Shown here: piece by piece, positions 26,901-40,999 of the stretch
Position numbering within the stretch: the first letter of the stretch is position 1
Layout: every line of letters starts with the position of its first letter
Source: Chrysomallon squamiferum
Taxonomy: Eukaryota; Animalia; Mollusca
Assembly (NCBI GenBank): GCA_012295275.1
Contig: CM022666.1
Span: 8,308,001 to 8,372,000 of the forward strand
Length of the DNA: 64,000 nt
Direction of reading: 5' to 3'
Position numbers and translations under genes: made by a program
The notes under the pieces: generated by a model
Told to the model about the DNA's origin: nothing
The model's input: the letters and a program-made list of their open reading frames with translations, nothing else
The model's database searches: none

Positions 26901-28673
26901 AGAAGGACTTTGAAGGAGACATGTTTTGATATAGCAACGGATGTCATGTTGTGACTGCTGATGGCCACCCTTTCCTGTTGACTACTGATGCAGATAAGAC
27001 AACACTGATCAACAGCTTCGTGCTTTGCAGTCGCCCGACACGATCTACTCGGACGGCACCTTTTCTTCATTTGCTGAACTCTGGGATCATGCCAGGACCG
27101 ATTCATCCACATACGCGCTAGTACACGCCTTGCTGCCCTCCCCCCCCCCACAGATAGCCACCTACTGCAGACTGTTCAGTCAACTCAACACAAAGTTCAG
27201 GCACGACTCATCCTAACTCTTGACCCTCCTACAGTCCAGACAGACTTGAGTTGGCTGCCGTTCGTGCTGTTGAGAGTTAGTTTCCTAACGCCGAGGTCAA
27301 GAGCTGTTACTTCCATCACTGTCAGGCGTTGTGGAGGAAGGTGCAGGACCTGGGACTTGCAGTGCAGTACAAGGAAGCTCCTCCCAGTGGATCCGCAGGG
27401 CTGCCAGACTAACTCTTCTACCACAAGACAAAATTCAGGACGCATGGATTGAAACCATGGAGCTGACACCAAATGTTCCTCGTTCATTGACTGGATTGAT
27501 GATGATGCTCGCTTCCCCCTGACGGTCTGGAACCACCACGAGACCAGTGGACCAAGCACGAACAACAATCTGGAAAGATTCCACAGCCGGCTCAACAAAG
27601 CTATGCCCCACTACCACCCGAACATCTGGCAATTTGTGGACATTATCAAGAAGATCGAGTGTGCAGACAGAACCAAGATTTCCCAAGTTCACTTTGGACC
27701 TGTTCTTCCATCCCGCAAACGTGTGTACACAGAGATGGAAAACAGACTCAAACATCAATTGCAGCAGAGAGTCAAAACGCTCCTTCAGTTCTTAGATGCT
27801 GTAGGCTATCAACTGAAACTTAAGTGGTCAACTTATCTGGATGAACTAAAATGTATAAATAATTATAAGCCTTTCTTTCATTTACTTATTGTCGGTAGTC
27901 AATATACAATATACAACAGTGTGGAATCATACCATTTTTATCTGGGTACCGGGCAGAGGATTCAGTGTGCACCAAACATTGACCTGTGTTGTTATAAACT
28001 GTATGACAAATTAGCGTATATGACTGATGGGAAGTAGTCATATATATTATAGTTGTTGTTGTTGTTGTCATTATTATTATTATTATTAATAATAATAATT
28101 TTACATCATATACTATTATCTATATCATACTGTATCGTCTGTGTGTGTGTGTGTGAATAACATATTTGATAATACAATGTCATATCCTATACTATACCAA
28201 ACCATATTAACACGCCATATAATCTAATATTCTTCTCTTTTTTTTTTTTCCTTTCAGGTGAACAACAGAAACAGATCAATCCTTGGATTAAAAGTAAGCC
28301 TCTCAGCGTCCTCAAAGGAGCTGCGGTGAACAACACTCGACTCAATATCACTGAATCAGGTTTCTACTACATTTACAGCCAGGTTTACTTCAGAATCTTT
28401 GTAGGCAACGGCATGAAGCTGCCAAACGTCCTGGGTTACCAGGTTTTCCGCTACAGCGACAACGTTCCCAACGACGGAATAGAAAAGCTGCTGCAGACAG
28501 CACAGACCATCACGGAAGATACAAATCGCAACGTCTACCTTCACAGCAGCTACGCAGGGGGGGTGTTTAAGCTTGATGTCGGAGACAAGCTGTTTGTAAA
28601 GATATCCCATCCGTTATTTATTATTCGTGATCCTGACATGACCTTTTTGGGGGTCATCAAATTGAATGGGTAA
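23923..28673 (+). CDS. TNF superfamily ligand, copy 3, join(23923..24285,26136..26172,28258..28673), 271 aa, lacks exon 3
   Basis: Open frame with conserved splice sites. The first ATG is mutated to ATA, which supports MSSAY as the shared start. TNF domain motifs are intact. Confidence 0.75.
25466..25652 (+). promoter_or_regulatory. IRF-motif minisatellite (7 units), intron 1 of copy 3
   Basis: Homologous to 3606-3792. Confidence 0.5.
26930..27830 (+). mobile_element. MULE transposase remnant (best preserved) in the last intron of copy 3
   Basis: Fragments IYSDGTF, YALVHALLP..ATYCRLFSQL, TVQTD..LAAVRA, CYFH and HPNIWQFVDIIKK are collinear with the MULE DDE domain. Confidence 0.8.
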
Positions 28674-29041
28674 ACCATTAATTAAATAAGTAAATAAGTA
28701 AATAAATAATAAATAATAGTAAAAATAATAAGAAGAAAAGGAAATAGTAACAACAATAACAAAATAAAATTTCAAATTTTAATGTTAACTATGTAGAATA
28801 TGTTACAGATATTAAGACTCCCAAAACTTCATCAAGAAAATTATAGAGCTACTTTAACTGGGAAATAATGACACATTTATAAGGTCAAGGTCGTCCAGCA
28901 GTGAAATGATTGGTGTAACAGTTCAAGCGTAAAGAGCTGTTTGCAGTGTTTTGTTGTTTTTTCCGCTTGTCGACGTTACAAGTTTTGTGTTGTAATTTAT
29001 ATTTTATTAAATTTATATTTATATTTTTTAGATAAAAATTG

Positions 29042-29093
<52 letters not shown>

Positions 29094-29196
29094 TTAAAAA
29101 TCGTCAATTTCGGTATGAGGCATAGGCCTGATTTATATTTTATTAAATTTATATTGATATTTTTTTAAATAAAAAATTGTGTAATAATAATAATAA

Positions 29197-29227
<31 letters not shown>

Positions 29228-31094
29228 AATGAAAAAAACATTGTAATAAAGTAAATATTAATGTGTCAAAGTTGTTTCAAATATTCAACTGTGTCAGATA
29301 TTATCCTTGTCTGCGTTCGTTTATGTCTTCTGATCGTAGATAAACAGTGTCACATATATTTTAAGTTCTCTTGATGTCAAATACTTTATGTGGAGTGCTC
29401 ATTTTAACGTTTTATTGTTGTAAATATCAGTACTGTCATAGAAAATAGATACAAAACCATACCCAAGCCCAATCTAAAATATTTTAACTTTCTTTTTCAA
29501 TATTAGAGAAGCATGGCGAAAATAGATAGGTTAATCTATGAATACTTTTTCATTAACTAAATTTCTTTTCGGTATATACACTACAGATATTTTATTATAT
29601 ATTTATAACCTTCAGACTATCTAGTTTCTATATATAAAATAGAGAGAAGATAAAATAACAACAAATATTAACTAAATATGCATAACAATTATAATCTGTT
29701 AATAAACTAACGTTAACTAGCAATATTTTCAGAAAATAAAAGTTTTGGTTTGTCCCGTTCTGTTTTTATACTGTCATTAAGCAGTATGATGTGTGGTACT
29801 AACGAACTATTGTTTGAATATGTACAAAATTATTTTAAGTCGAGATTCACTTAAATAATATGGCTGCGTTTTATTTTATAACAAAATTATATTTTAAATA
29901 AAAATTTTGAATGGTACGCATGTTGATTTGTTATGTATGTATCTATTTGTCTATGTATGTATATATATATATATATATATATACATATGTATATATTATG
30001 GATATGGGTAAAATAGATCCAATAAGTATATGGGGGGAAAAAAAGAAAACGACATTTGACTAAATTTACCTGGTTTTGTTAATGTTGTTCTATATAAAAT
30101 TCTGCATATGCTGATTTATAGTTATTTATAATGCTTTTACTAAAATCAGTAAATACGGAATTTTCCGACTGTATATTCGACAAGTGAGCTGTTTCACAGC
30201 ATATCATGAACATTTATCTTTTGTCTGTGTCAGAAAAGTTTTCCAGATTTAAGCAGAGGGAGTTAATGTAATCAGAATGTTATCAATATTATAACACTGT
30301 CATAGTGAAACATTTAAGTATAAACAATAAACAGGATAAAACACCCACTGCACTTTAAACAACAAGCGGACAAGTAAACACTGGTTAAAAACTGCCTACG
30401 TCACAGTTAACAGAAACAGACAGTCTATAATCCGATCTACCAACACAGTGAACAATTTAAAATGTAAAACACACGACAGAAGTTTCATAAATTATTACGG
30501 CACAAAGAAATATATAAATTAAACACATAACAAAGAAATATCCACTGAGGTGATTACGTAACCGATTAAGAAAAGTTTTAATAAAAGGCTGAGTAATGCA
30601 GATGTTAAACCCTGCAACAGACGCGCCCGCTGACCTGTCAGAAAGCGTGCCCGTCGTAGACGTGCTTCACAACAGCTTGCTCTTATTAGCACGATAATTT
30701 CTTTGAAGTTTGAAGACGTTAAACAGTCAAATTTAATCAAACCTACGAACATCTCGTGTGTAGTAAACAAAATAACGACACTGTGATTCTCTTTACTACA
30801 GCAGATTTCAAACGACATCGTAACGACAAGGAAACAATACTTTCGGCTAACAGTCGGTAACTCAGTCGTTATGTTGTCGTTCGAGTCATTATATGAGTCG
30901 TTATGATCTCACGACCGACATCTTCGGGAATATGGCCCCTGAAGTGTTATAAAAGGTAACGCACACACACGCACACACACACACACACACACACATACAC
31001 ACACACACACATACGCAAGAACGCGCGCGCGCGCGTTACTATAGCATCTAAAATTACAGGTGATAAACAGAATCTGAGGCTGCAGGAAAAAGAG

Positions 31095-31655
31095 AAGGTG
31101 GTAATGGTAGTCTAAGAGTACTAGAAGTAGCAGTGATAGTAATAGTAGTCGTGGTAACGGTAGTAGTAGTAATTGGTGTAGTAGTAGTGGTAATGTTAAA
31201 AGTAGTTGTAGTAGTAGTACTGCTGGTAATGGAAGTAGTAGTTGTAGTAACAGTGGAAATGGTAGTAGTAGCAGCAGTCGAAGTGATAGTAATCGTAGTA
31301 CAGTAGTAGTAGCAGCAGCAGCAGTAGTGTTGGTGATAGTCGCAGCAGTAGCAGCATTTGTACTTTTGGTAGAAGTAATAGTAGTAATAATACTGGTAGT
31401 GGTGGTAATCGTATAGTAGTAGTACTTATTGCTCTTGTAGTTGTTGTCGTTGTTATTACAACTGTCTTAGTATCAGTCGTAGTAGTAGTGATGTTGGTGG
31501 CTGTCATATTATTATTATTAGTAGTAGTAGTAGTAGTAGAATTACTTGTATTAATAGTATTAGTAGTAACAGTAGTAAAAGTAGTATTAGTTATATTAAT
31601 GATGTTATAAGTAGTAGTGATATTAATATTAGTAATAGCAGTAGTAGTTATAGCA
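31095..31655. repeat. Degenerate (TAG/TGG/CAG)n trinucleotide tract
   Basis: Low-complexity gtagtagta tract, duplicated at ~46745-47375. Confidence 0.85.
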
Positions 31656-31824
31656 GAATATATGTAGGAGCATGTAGATTTCCCGAAAGGTATTTTTTTA
31701 TTATTTATTTATTTATTTAATTATTTATTTTAAATTAGTGTTAAAATTTTATATATTGCAAATATATAATACATTATATTATCTATAGTAATATATCGAT
31801 CATTTTGTACATAATTCATTTATG

Positions 31825-31927
<103 letters not shown>

Positions 31928-32397
31928 CAATCATTAAGATTTTTGTTATCTCTTGGAATAAATAAATAAATAAATAAGTTATGAATTTATTCATCTTTTA
32001 AAATAAATAAATAGATAAGTTATGAAATTAATCATCATGGTTCATTTAAAATAAATAAAACTAACTGGACTAAACAGTTTATCACAATTGAAGGGACATA
32101 ACTCGTGAAATCATGTTTCTAAATTAATCGAAAGTTTTAAATTGTTTGAATGTATCACAGGTATATAACTATGTATGTATGTGCAAAAGTAGGTATACAG
32201 TTATGAAAAAAGAAAACATTTGTTATTCAAACAAAAAAAGCTAATATAAAAATACATGCATTTTTATTAATTTAAATAAAATATGGTTAATGACACTCAA
32301 AATAAGAAAAATGAGTCCAACTAATTTAATGTTTACTAAATTCACTGATGTGATACTACTGTATACCTACTTTTTTAATCCCCTGTATATATAGATG

Positions 32398-32431
<34 letters not shown>

Positions 32432-32559
32432 AATGTGTGTGTGATTATTTGTCTCTAATGTTAGCGTACATTCAGTATAGTTTATAAATTACTGTTGAAA
32501 ATATTTAATTTAAAAAAATAGTAAATTTAAAAAACTCCACATAATAATAATAATAATAA

Positions 32560-32609
<50 letters not shown>

Positions 32610-33467
32610 GTCATTTTGTTTGTTTTTCTTTTTAAGAAAAGATTGCTGTTAGTAATAATAAAAATGAGGATTTATCACAGAGACAAGACTGACACGGTTT
32701 CATACGAGTACAGCTTTCCAAATTCGTCCGGGACACGTGACTAGGTGGTGTCGTTTTCGAAGAAACGCAAACGAGTCATAATAATAAATATGAATTCTAG
32801 AAAAAAACATTTTTGCGAACCCGTTGTTATATCTTTTATTTATGTTTTTTGAAAAGAAATTTTAGCCTTCTTGCTTTTTTGTACTCAGTGTGTTTAATGT
32901 TTCACAAGAAAACGACAGCCGCTTGGCGTTCTGTTATGTAGTAATAGTTCACATAACAGGCAAGTGAAAAGCCGAGGAATAATTGTACAGCAAAATGAAC
33001 TGTGTGATATCAAATAAACACTCCGACATTTTCAAGTGTGAAAGTCACTTCTTGATCTCTCTCACGTTACGATGCAAACTTTCTGTGTTAACAACAGAAA
33101 AATCCAGTGACTCTTACTTGGGAGAAACACAAAGCGCAGTTAATTTCTAGCTCTAAGTCAGCAGTAGAAAGTACCTCGGCACCTACTTTTATTGATAATC
33201 ACGTGACATACCTGTGTATGGGTAGGTTGAATTAACATATTATTTAGGGAAGCTCACGATAGTGACTTTTCAGAGTACAAAATGGCGACTAGCGGATCAG
33301 ACGGCTAAGAATCAATTCTTTAAAAAGATACATGAAATAATCAAGTTTTGTGAAGCCAACCCTAGCGGTAAAACGGGTCTGAGGGCGGAGATATTTACTG
33401 GGTATTTTTGTTTGTTTGTTGTTGTTGTTTTTTTCTATTTTCTTGATGTCTTTTACTCATGCGCGTA

Positions 33468-33510
<43 letters not shown>

Positions 33511-34535
33511 TTCAATGTTTCTAATAGCAACTGTATGGGGTAATTGTATTTTTTGTGTTGTAGTTATTTTAATTATATTTATGTGTCTAAATTCTTCTAC
33601 GTAATAAAAACCAAGGAGGTAAATAAATAAATAAAAACGAGAAGTTTACAGCCAGAGTTTATGAAGCAGTTGATTTCCTTATAGGTTAAAATCAGTTACT
33701 TGTCTTATTACAGTTATTTTTATTACCAAACGAAGAGGAGAGCTATAATTACCCAGCAGTACGCATGCGCATGAATAACTTTATCGCGCGTATAAATAGA
33801 CACGCTGAGCGTTGTATCAGCTTTTATAGCAGTATCTGAAAAGCAGACGTTAGGCTTTTAGGCGCGTTCACGACCTGTGGAAAAGGGTGTGGAGCTGATT
33901 TTTAATTTGTGAAAAATAAAAACATTGCGGTCATCGATTATTGCAAGAAAACGATCGAAAAGGTAAATATATTTGAATTTTGCGTTAGAATTAATTATAC
34001 TCTTTGTCCTATTTTCGTCGGCTATGTTAACAAAGACTTCAGACTGTTGTTAGTTGCGGTAGTTGCATTTGTCACCAATATTGTAGAAGAAACAGTTGTT
34101 GTTGTACCAGCAGTTCTGGGGATTATGCAAATGAGATAGTCATGGTAACGAGAAGGATACTTGTAATCACAAAGTGTTGCACACATTGCAATCTCGAATA
34201 TACAAAAACTAAGTAGACACGTAGAAGTAGTAGTAGTAGTGGTAGTAGTAGCAGTAGTAGCAGTAGTAGCAGTAGTAGTAGTGGTAGTAGTAATAGTAGA
34301 AGTAGTAGTAGGTATATTAGTGGAATTGTTGTAACAGTGTGGTTACCATAGTAGAAAAGTGATTTTTAATAAAGATAGTTCACTGAAGAGACGATCAATC
34401 ATCAATTAACCAGGAATAAAAACTCTTACATTTTTGTTTTAATCGTTCACGGATGACTAGAAAAATTTCTTTCTTCCTCCTAAACTTTAATCACAATTGT
34501 TATCTACGTGTACATCAAGACAAAATATTTTGCTT

Positions 34536-34993
34536 GTTTTTCTTTTGTTCATTATGCACGACACGACTAACATTACAAAGTAAAATGAAAATTTATTTAA
34601 TTTTTAATTTTTTTTAAATTTTTGTTTTGTTTTTTTGGTATCATTTTGGTTTTTGTTCTTTATCTGAATTTTAAATGTTCACTCTTTAGTTTTACTACCA
34701 GTGTCGTTGGTTATTTCGAGGCACACGCACACACACGCACAGAGAAAGACAACCACACATGTTACATAACCATTATTAATTGTTAAAATGTATCACAACT
34801 GTAGCAGTATTAAATGAGAGAAAGTTTTTCAGATTATCTAACAGTGTTGAATATAATCAAAAAGCAATTATAAACTTCATAACTTGAAATGCTCTTTAAT
34901 GTGAAACTAATATGAAGAATAATTTAACAAACTTTACGTTTCATTTTACTTTGTAATGTTAGTCATGTCGTGCATAATGAACAAAAGAAAAAC
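34536..34993. repeat. Local inverted duplication (fold-back) of the upstream unit sequence
   Basis: 34590-34993 is the reverse complement of unit sequence equivalent to ~525-940. 34536-34589 and ~34939-34993 form ~55-bp inverted arms. Confidence 0.85.
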
Positions 34994-35199
34994 AGTTCAT
35001 ATCATTCCTTTATTAACAAATTAATCTTTGAAAACTTTAAAACGAAACTGGAAATGTTCTTTAGTAGAAAAATGAAAGTAAATAATTAGTACATATATAA
35101 GTACAACAAAAATAAATAAATCAATCTAATAATAATAATTACAATAATAAATCAAAATTATTTAAATAAAAGATAATTTCTGTGGAAACCGGCAAATGG
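34994..35199 (+). pseudogene. Relic of a seventh gene copy: pre-exon-1 sequence fused directly to an intron-1 fragment
   Basis: 34994-35183 matches 1778-1970 and is followed at once by gaaaccggcaaatgg (intron 1, ~3535-3549). The upstream unit sequence at 33900-34590 is also present. Confidence 0.6.
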
Positions 35200-37589
35200 C
35201 ACACTTTAACGTCTTTTTACGTACCAGCTGACAAAGAACTGTTTTGTATGTAATATCCAGTTTATTCAGATATCAAATATCAGGTATGTCGAGAAGTGGT
35301 AATGGCTACATATCAAATTCAGTCTGTTAAATATGACATAAGCAGTATATCTAAATAACAGACGCGATGAAATGGATTTCTATTTATTTTTATTTTTGTC
35401 TTTTTGTCTCTCTGTTTTGTTTTCTGTGTAATGCATCCAGAACGTGAAATTAGATTAATATCCTTGTCTCTGTCGTTGTTCATATATATATGTAGTTTCT
35501 TATGGAATAAAACATTGATCTATTGGAATAAATAAATAAATAAGTAAGTTATGAATGTATTCATCTTTGTTCATTTAAAAAAATAAACTATCTCGACTGA
35601 ACAGTTTATCACAGTTGAAGGGACATAACTCGTGAAATCATGTTTCTAAATTAATAGATACTGTTTATGTATGTATATTAGAATGTATGTATTCGTCAGT
35701 GTGTGCATGTGTGTATGTGTGTGTGTGTGTGTGTATGTCTGTGTCTGTGTACATATATATGTGTGTGTGTGTGTTTGTGTGTTTGTGTTTTCATTCGTCA
35801 TTAATGTAAGCATCCATTCTTTGAGAAGCCAGTCCTAGCGGTAAAACGGGTCTGAGGGCGGAGATATTTATGGATGACTTGTCTCTAAAAGGTTTAGTCA
35901 CGTGATATCATTAGGCTGCTAGCGGGACTGGCGTTTTGCTTTACGGTCCGATTTGAGGATAGCTTTCGTAATCTCTAAAAAGGTACGTGTTTTATTGTTA
36001 ATTTCTTGTAAACAAAAACAAATTTTAAAAAACAAAACTATTTCAGGCATCGATTATTGTATGAAAACGATCGATTAGGTAAATATATTTGAATTTTGCG
36101 TTAGAATTAATTATACTCTTGCGTTAGAATTAATTATACTCTTTGTCAGATTTTCGTCGGCTATGTTAACAAAGACTTCACACTGTTGTTAGTTGCGGTA
36201 GTTGCATTTGTCACTAATATTGTAGAAGAAACAATTGTTGTTGTACCAGCAGTTCTGGGGATTATGCAAATGAGATAGTCATGGTAACGAGAAAGATACT
36301 TGTAATCATAAAGTATTGCACACATTGCAATCTCGAATATACAAAAACTAAGTAGACACGTAGAAGTAGTAGTAGTAGTGGTAGTAGTAGCAGTAGTACT
36401 AGTGGTAGTAGTAATAGTAGAAGTAGTAGTAGGTATATTAGTGGAATTGTTGTAACAGTGTGGTTACCATAGTAGAAAAGTGATTTTTAATAAAAATAGT
36501 TCACTGAAGAGACGATCAATCATCAATTAACCAGGAATAAAAAATCTGACATTTTTGTTTTAATCGTTCACGGATGACTAGAAAAATTTCTTTCTTCCTC
36601 TTAAACTTTAATCACAATTGTTATCTACGTGTACTTCAAGACAAAATATTATTGCTTGTTTTTCTTTTGTTCATTATGCACGACACGACTAACATTACAA
36701 AGTAAAATAAAACGTAAAGTTTGTTAAATTATTCGGCATATTAGTTTGACATTAAAGAGCATTTCAAGTTATGAAGTTTATAATTGCTTTTTGAGTATAT
36801 TCAACACTGTTAGATAATCTGAAAAACTTTCTCTCATTTAATACTGCTACAGTTGTGATACATTTTAACAATTAATAATGGTTATGTAACATGTGTGGTT
36901 GTCTTTCTCTGTGCGTGTGTGTGCGTGTGTGTGTGTGCGTGTGTGTGTGCTTGTGCCTCGAAATAACCAACGACACTGGTAGTAAATTATAAGAGGAACA
37001 TTTAAAATTCAGTTAAAGAAAAAATCAAAATGATACCAAAAAAAAAAAAAAAAAAAAATTAAAAAAATTTAAAATTAAATAAATAAAACGAAAAACAAAA
37101 CAAAACGAAAAAAACAACAACAAGAAAACATAATAATAATAAAAATAAAATAAATAATACATGTCGTAATTAAAGGAAATTTAAAAATGGAGTTCCTGGA
37201 CGGGTGTATGATGTCACTTCTGTGTTATTTTTCCTTTGAATTGTGAAACTTATTCAATTTAAAGTCTGAGTGATCAAACACACGTAATAATATAGCAGAT
37301 AATATTTATTTAATCTCTGTTTATTTATTATTTTATTTGTAGTATATTTAGTTATGTATTCATTCATTTTGTTTAATATTTCATTATTCAACTTGTTTAA
37401 GATCTGTGAAGCGAGCTTTGTTTACTTTCCGTGTCTGTTTTTCTACAGTTCAGTATAGTTTAGCATTTGAAAGGTTGCTTTCCACTCATGTTCATTATCA
37501 CTATGTTTTATTTTTTTGACGATGGAAACTAAAATTTCGGTGATTTGTATTTTTATTTTTTGTTTTGTTGTTTCTTCTTCTTCATCTTC

Positions 37590-37625
<36 letters not shown>

Positions 37626-38481
37626 TTATTATTATTATTGTTATTTTAATTATTATTTATTTATTTGTTTATTATTGCTGTTATTATTATTATTTTAATT
37701 ATTATTTATTTACTTGTTGAAACTCGCCAGTAGTTCACGATTGAATGAAACAAATTATTTTTATTTGTTTATGTATTCATTCATTTTGTTTAATATTTCA
37801 TTATTCAACTTGTTTAAGATCTGTGAAGCGAGCTTTGTTTACTTTCCGTGTCTGTTTTTCTACAGTTCAGTATAGTTTAGCATTTGAAAGGTCGCTTTCC
37901 ACTCATGTTCATTATCACTGTTTGTTATTTTTTTGAAAATGGAAACTAAAATTTCGGTGATATTTTTTCATTTTATTTTTTTGGAATGAAACAAATTATT
38001 TTTATTTATTTACTTATTTGATGTTTATTTATTTATTTATTCATTCATTTTGTTTAAAATTTCATTATTCAACTTGTTTAAAATCTATGATGCGAGCTTT
38101 AAAAATTGTCTACTTAAATTCATTTGTATAAGTGAAGTGAGCTTTTGATTTTGTCTACTTAAACCATTAGTTTATATCATTCCTTTATTAGCAAATTAAT
38201 CTTTTAAAACTTTATAAACTAAACTGGAAATGTTGTTTAGTAGAAAAATGAAAGTAAATAATTAGTACATATATAAGTACAACACAGCAATAAATAAATA
38301 AATCTAATAATAATAATTACAATAATAAATCAAAATTATTTAAATAAAAAGATAATTTGTGTGTGTGTTTATATGGGTGCGAGTGTGCGTGCGCGAATGT
38401 TACACATTCAGTTTTGTCCAAGTTTTTATTTTGTTTTCAGTGTATTTTATTTTGCTGCGACTGATGTCACCGTATGAGAAA

Positions 38482-40939
38482 ATGTCGTCAGCGTATTCTG
38501 GCCTGACCTTTGACAGGGAAAGCAAACATCACTACGACCTCACCAAAGTGATTCCGCAGAAGAAACGAATTTCCACTTTCGGTTTAAAGCGTCGCTTCAT
38601 TCCAATTTACCTGTGTATAATCATCAGTTCCCTTGCCATTTCCCTTTCCCTTTTTGGTTTTATCAAGGACTATTGCTTCAAAAATGCCGTGAACAAGAAA
38701 TTAGAAGTCGCCTGCATTCCATGTGCGTACCTGCTAACAACGCAATTTCGGGAAGACGATCCAGATGTAGAAATAATCATCAAAGATGGAAGAAAGACCT
38801 GCTGCGCACGCACACCTGCACGGATGCAACAGATGATTAATGAGGTGAGTTGGGATTTGCTAACTGGGTATAGATCATTGTAGGTATATAACTGTATTCG
38901 CTGCTAGTTCTAGTATTGGTATTATTACAGCTGATCCTACTACTACTACTACTTAAAAGGAAATACCATGCAACAGCAAACACTACTGTATTACTACTGC
39001 TGTTACAACAATCCTCATTACTGTTGCAACAACAACTACTAATTACTGTAACACCATTGCAACAATTACAACGTCTACTAAGTTAACAGGTATAAAATAT
39101 ACTGTGAAAGTGGACTAGAGGGATTTTAAAAATGATTATTAACTATAAACAATGGTCATACATATTAAATATATTTAAAATCAAATAAAATATCAAAAAT
39201 ATCAAAATATCAAAAATACAAAGAAAGAAAATGTACGATGTTGGGTATCAGACTTCAAGCAAACCAACAAAAAGAAGGAAAAAATAATGAAAAGAAAAAA
39301 TAATAATAACAACAAATAATGAAAGAAAGAGAAAAACAAAATAGGAAAGTCCTATTCAGAATGATATACATCTAAAAAGCAAAGAAAGACAAACACAGGC
39401 ACCTGGGTTGTATTGCTTTGTCCAAGGAATAAAACTTCAGAAAAAGAAAAAAACATTGTTTGTGATTTTAACCATTTAGAAGAAAAAAACATTGACAATT
39501 TAATTTAAATAAATTTTGGGATTTGTCTTACTGGTCATTGAAGAGTAAAAAAACTAAATACAAAATCCCCTCCAGATTCCCTCAGATCTCCAAAATGGCT
39601 CATGAAGTTATGTGTACCAGTGAATGAAATCAAATGCATATTTGTTATTGATATTAGAAATTCTTGACTGATAAAATTATTGTGAATTTCGTTTCCAACG
39701 AATATATCAAGATGCTATGATGAACTTTGATCTGTATGAATTTGATCAAATATGATACTTAAATGTTCTTTGATTGTCGACTCATGAATAATTAATTATG
39801 ACTTTCTTTCCCAAAACAAGCAAATATCAATCAGGATATTTAGATTATGTTCCCAGGACAAGCGTGCTTGGACCCTCTTGGATAGAAAATCACAGGTAAG
39901 ATGGTCGACTGATTGACAGACTTTGGAAACCGACAAATGGAAAAGTCATCCAGTCAGAAGGGTCGTGAGTGATTTGAAACATTATCTGCCATATCTGAAA
40001 AGCAAAAGTGAAAGTAAATAAAATATTCATCATGGAAAAAAGATATAATTTTGTTGTTCTTTGTTCTTTTTTTCCTCACATAAGAAAACCTTTTTTTCAT
40101 TTAATTAAAAAAAAAAAAAATATTTATTGATTTATATTATTTATTTTTATTTGCAAAATAATTTTAAAAAAACAAAATAGAAAAGAAAAAACAAGAACAA
40201 ACAAAGAACAAAACTTCTATCACTTTGTCTTGCTGTGTATATGAACACATTAATACTGTTGATTCAATGACAAAGCATGTGTTTAATATTTTGTTTATTG
40301 CTGTTATTTAATGTGTTACATGTTTTTAAATAAAAAAATATTTTTTGAGTTTTTTATTTTATATTATCTGAAATGGTGTCTTTTTCTTTTTTCTATATAT
40401 TTTTTTTTAAATTGATTTTCTTTTTCACTTTAGGCTTTTAACAGAAGAATTGCACAGCTGCAAGATAAAGGTATCTATCTTTGTTGCTGATTTCTACACT
40501 TGTTATAGAGTAGGGTTCTGGTAATTTCGTTGTTAATGTTTAATTTTAAATCTATTTGTCCTTTTAAATACTGAACACTAAATGGCTATGCCTGAGGTTT
40601 ATGTAAAGTAAAACTGCAAAAACAGAACAAAAAGAAAATAAACTAAACAAAAAAGTTAAGAAGAAGAAGAAGTAGCAGTAGAAAAAAAAAAGAAGATCAA
40701 ATAACATTATAAAATTATCTATTTAGTTATATGTTTGTTTGTTTGTTTACTAGTTTGTTTGTTCATTCATTAATTGATTCTTTCACCAACAGAAGTACTG
40801 AAAGACATTTGTGTACCATTTATTTATTTGTTTATTTCTTCCTTTCTTTAACGTCTTTCTTTCTTTCTTTGTTTATTTACCTGTTTATTTTTTTATTTTT
40901 TATTTTCATTCAATCATTAATTCATTTATTCAATAATTC

Positions 40940-40999
<60 letters not shown>

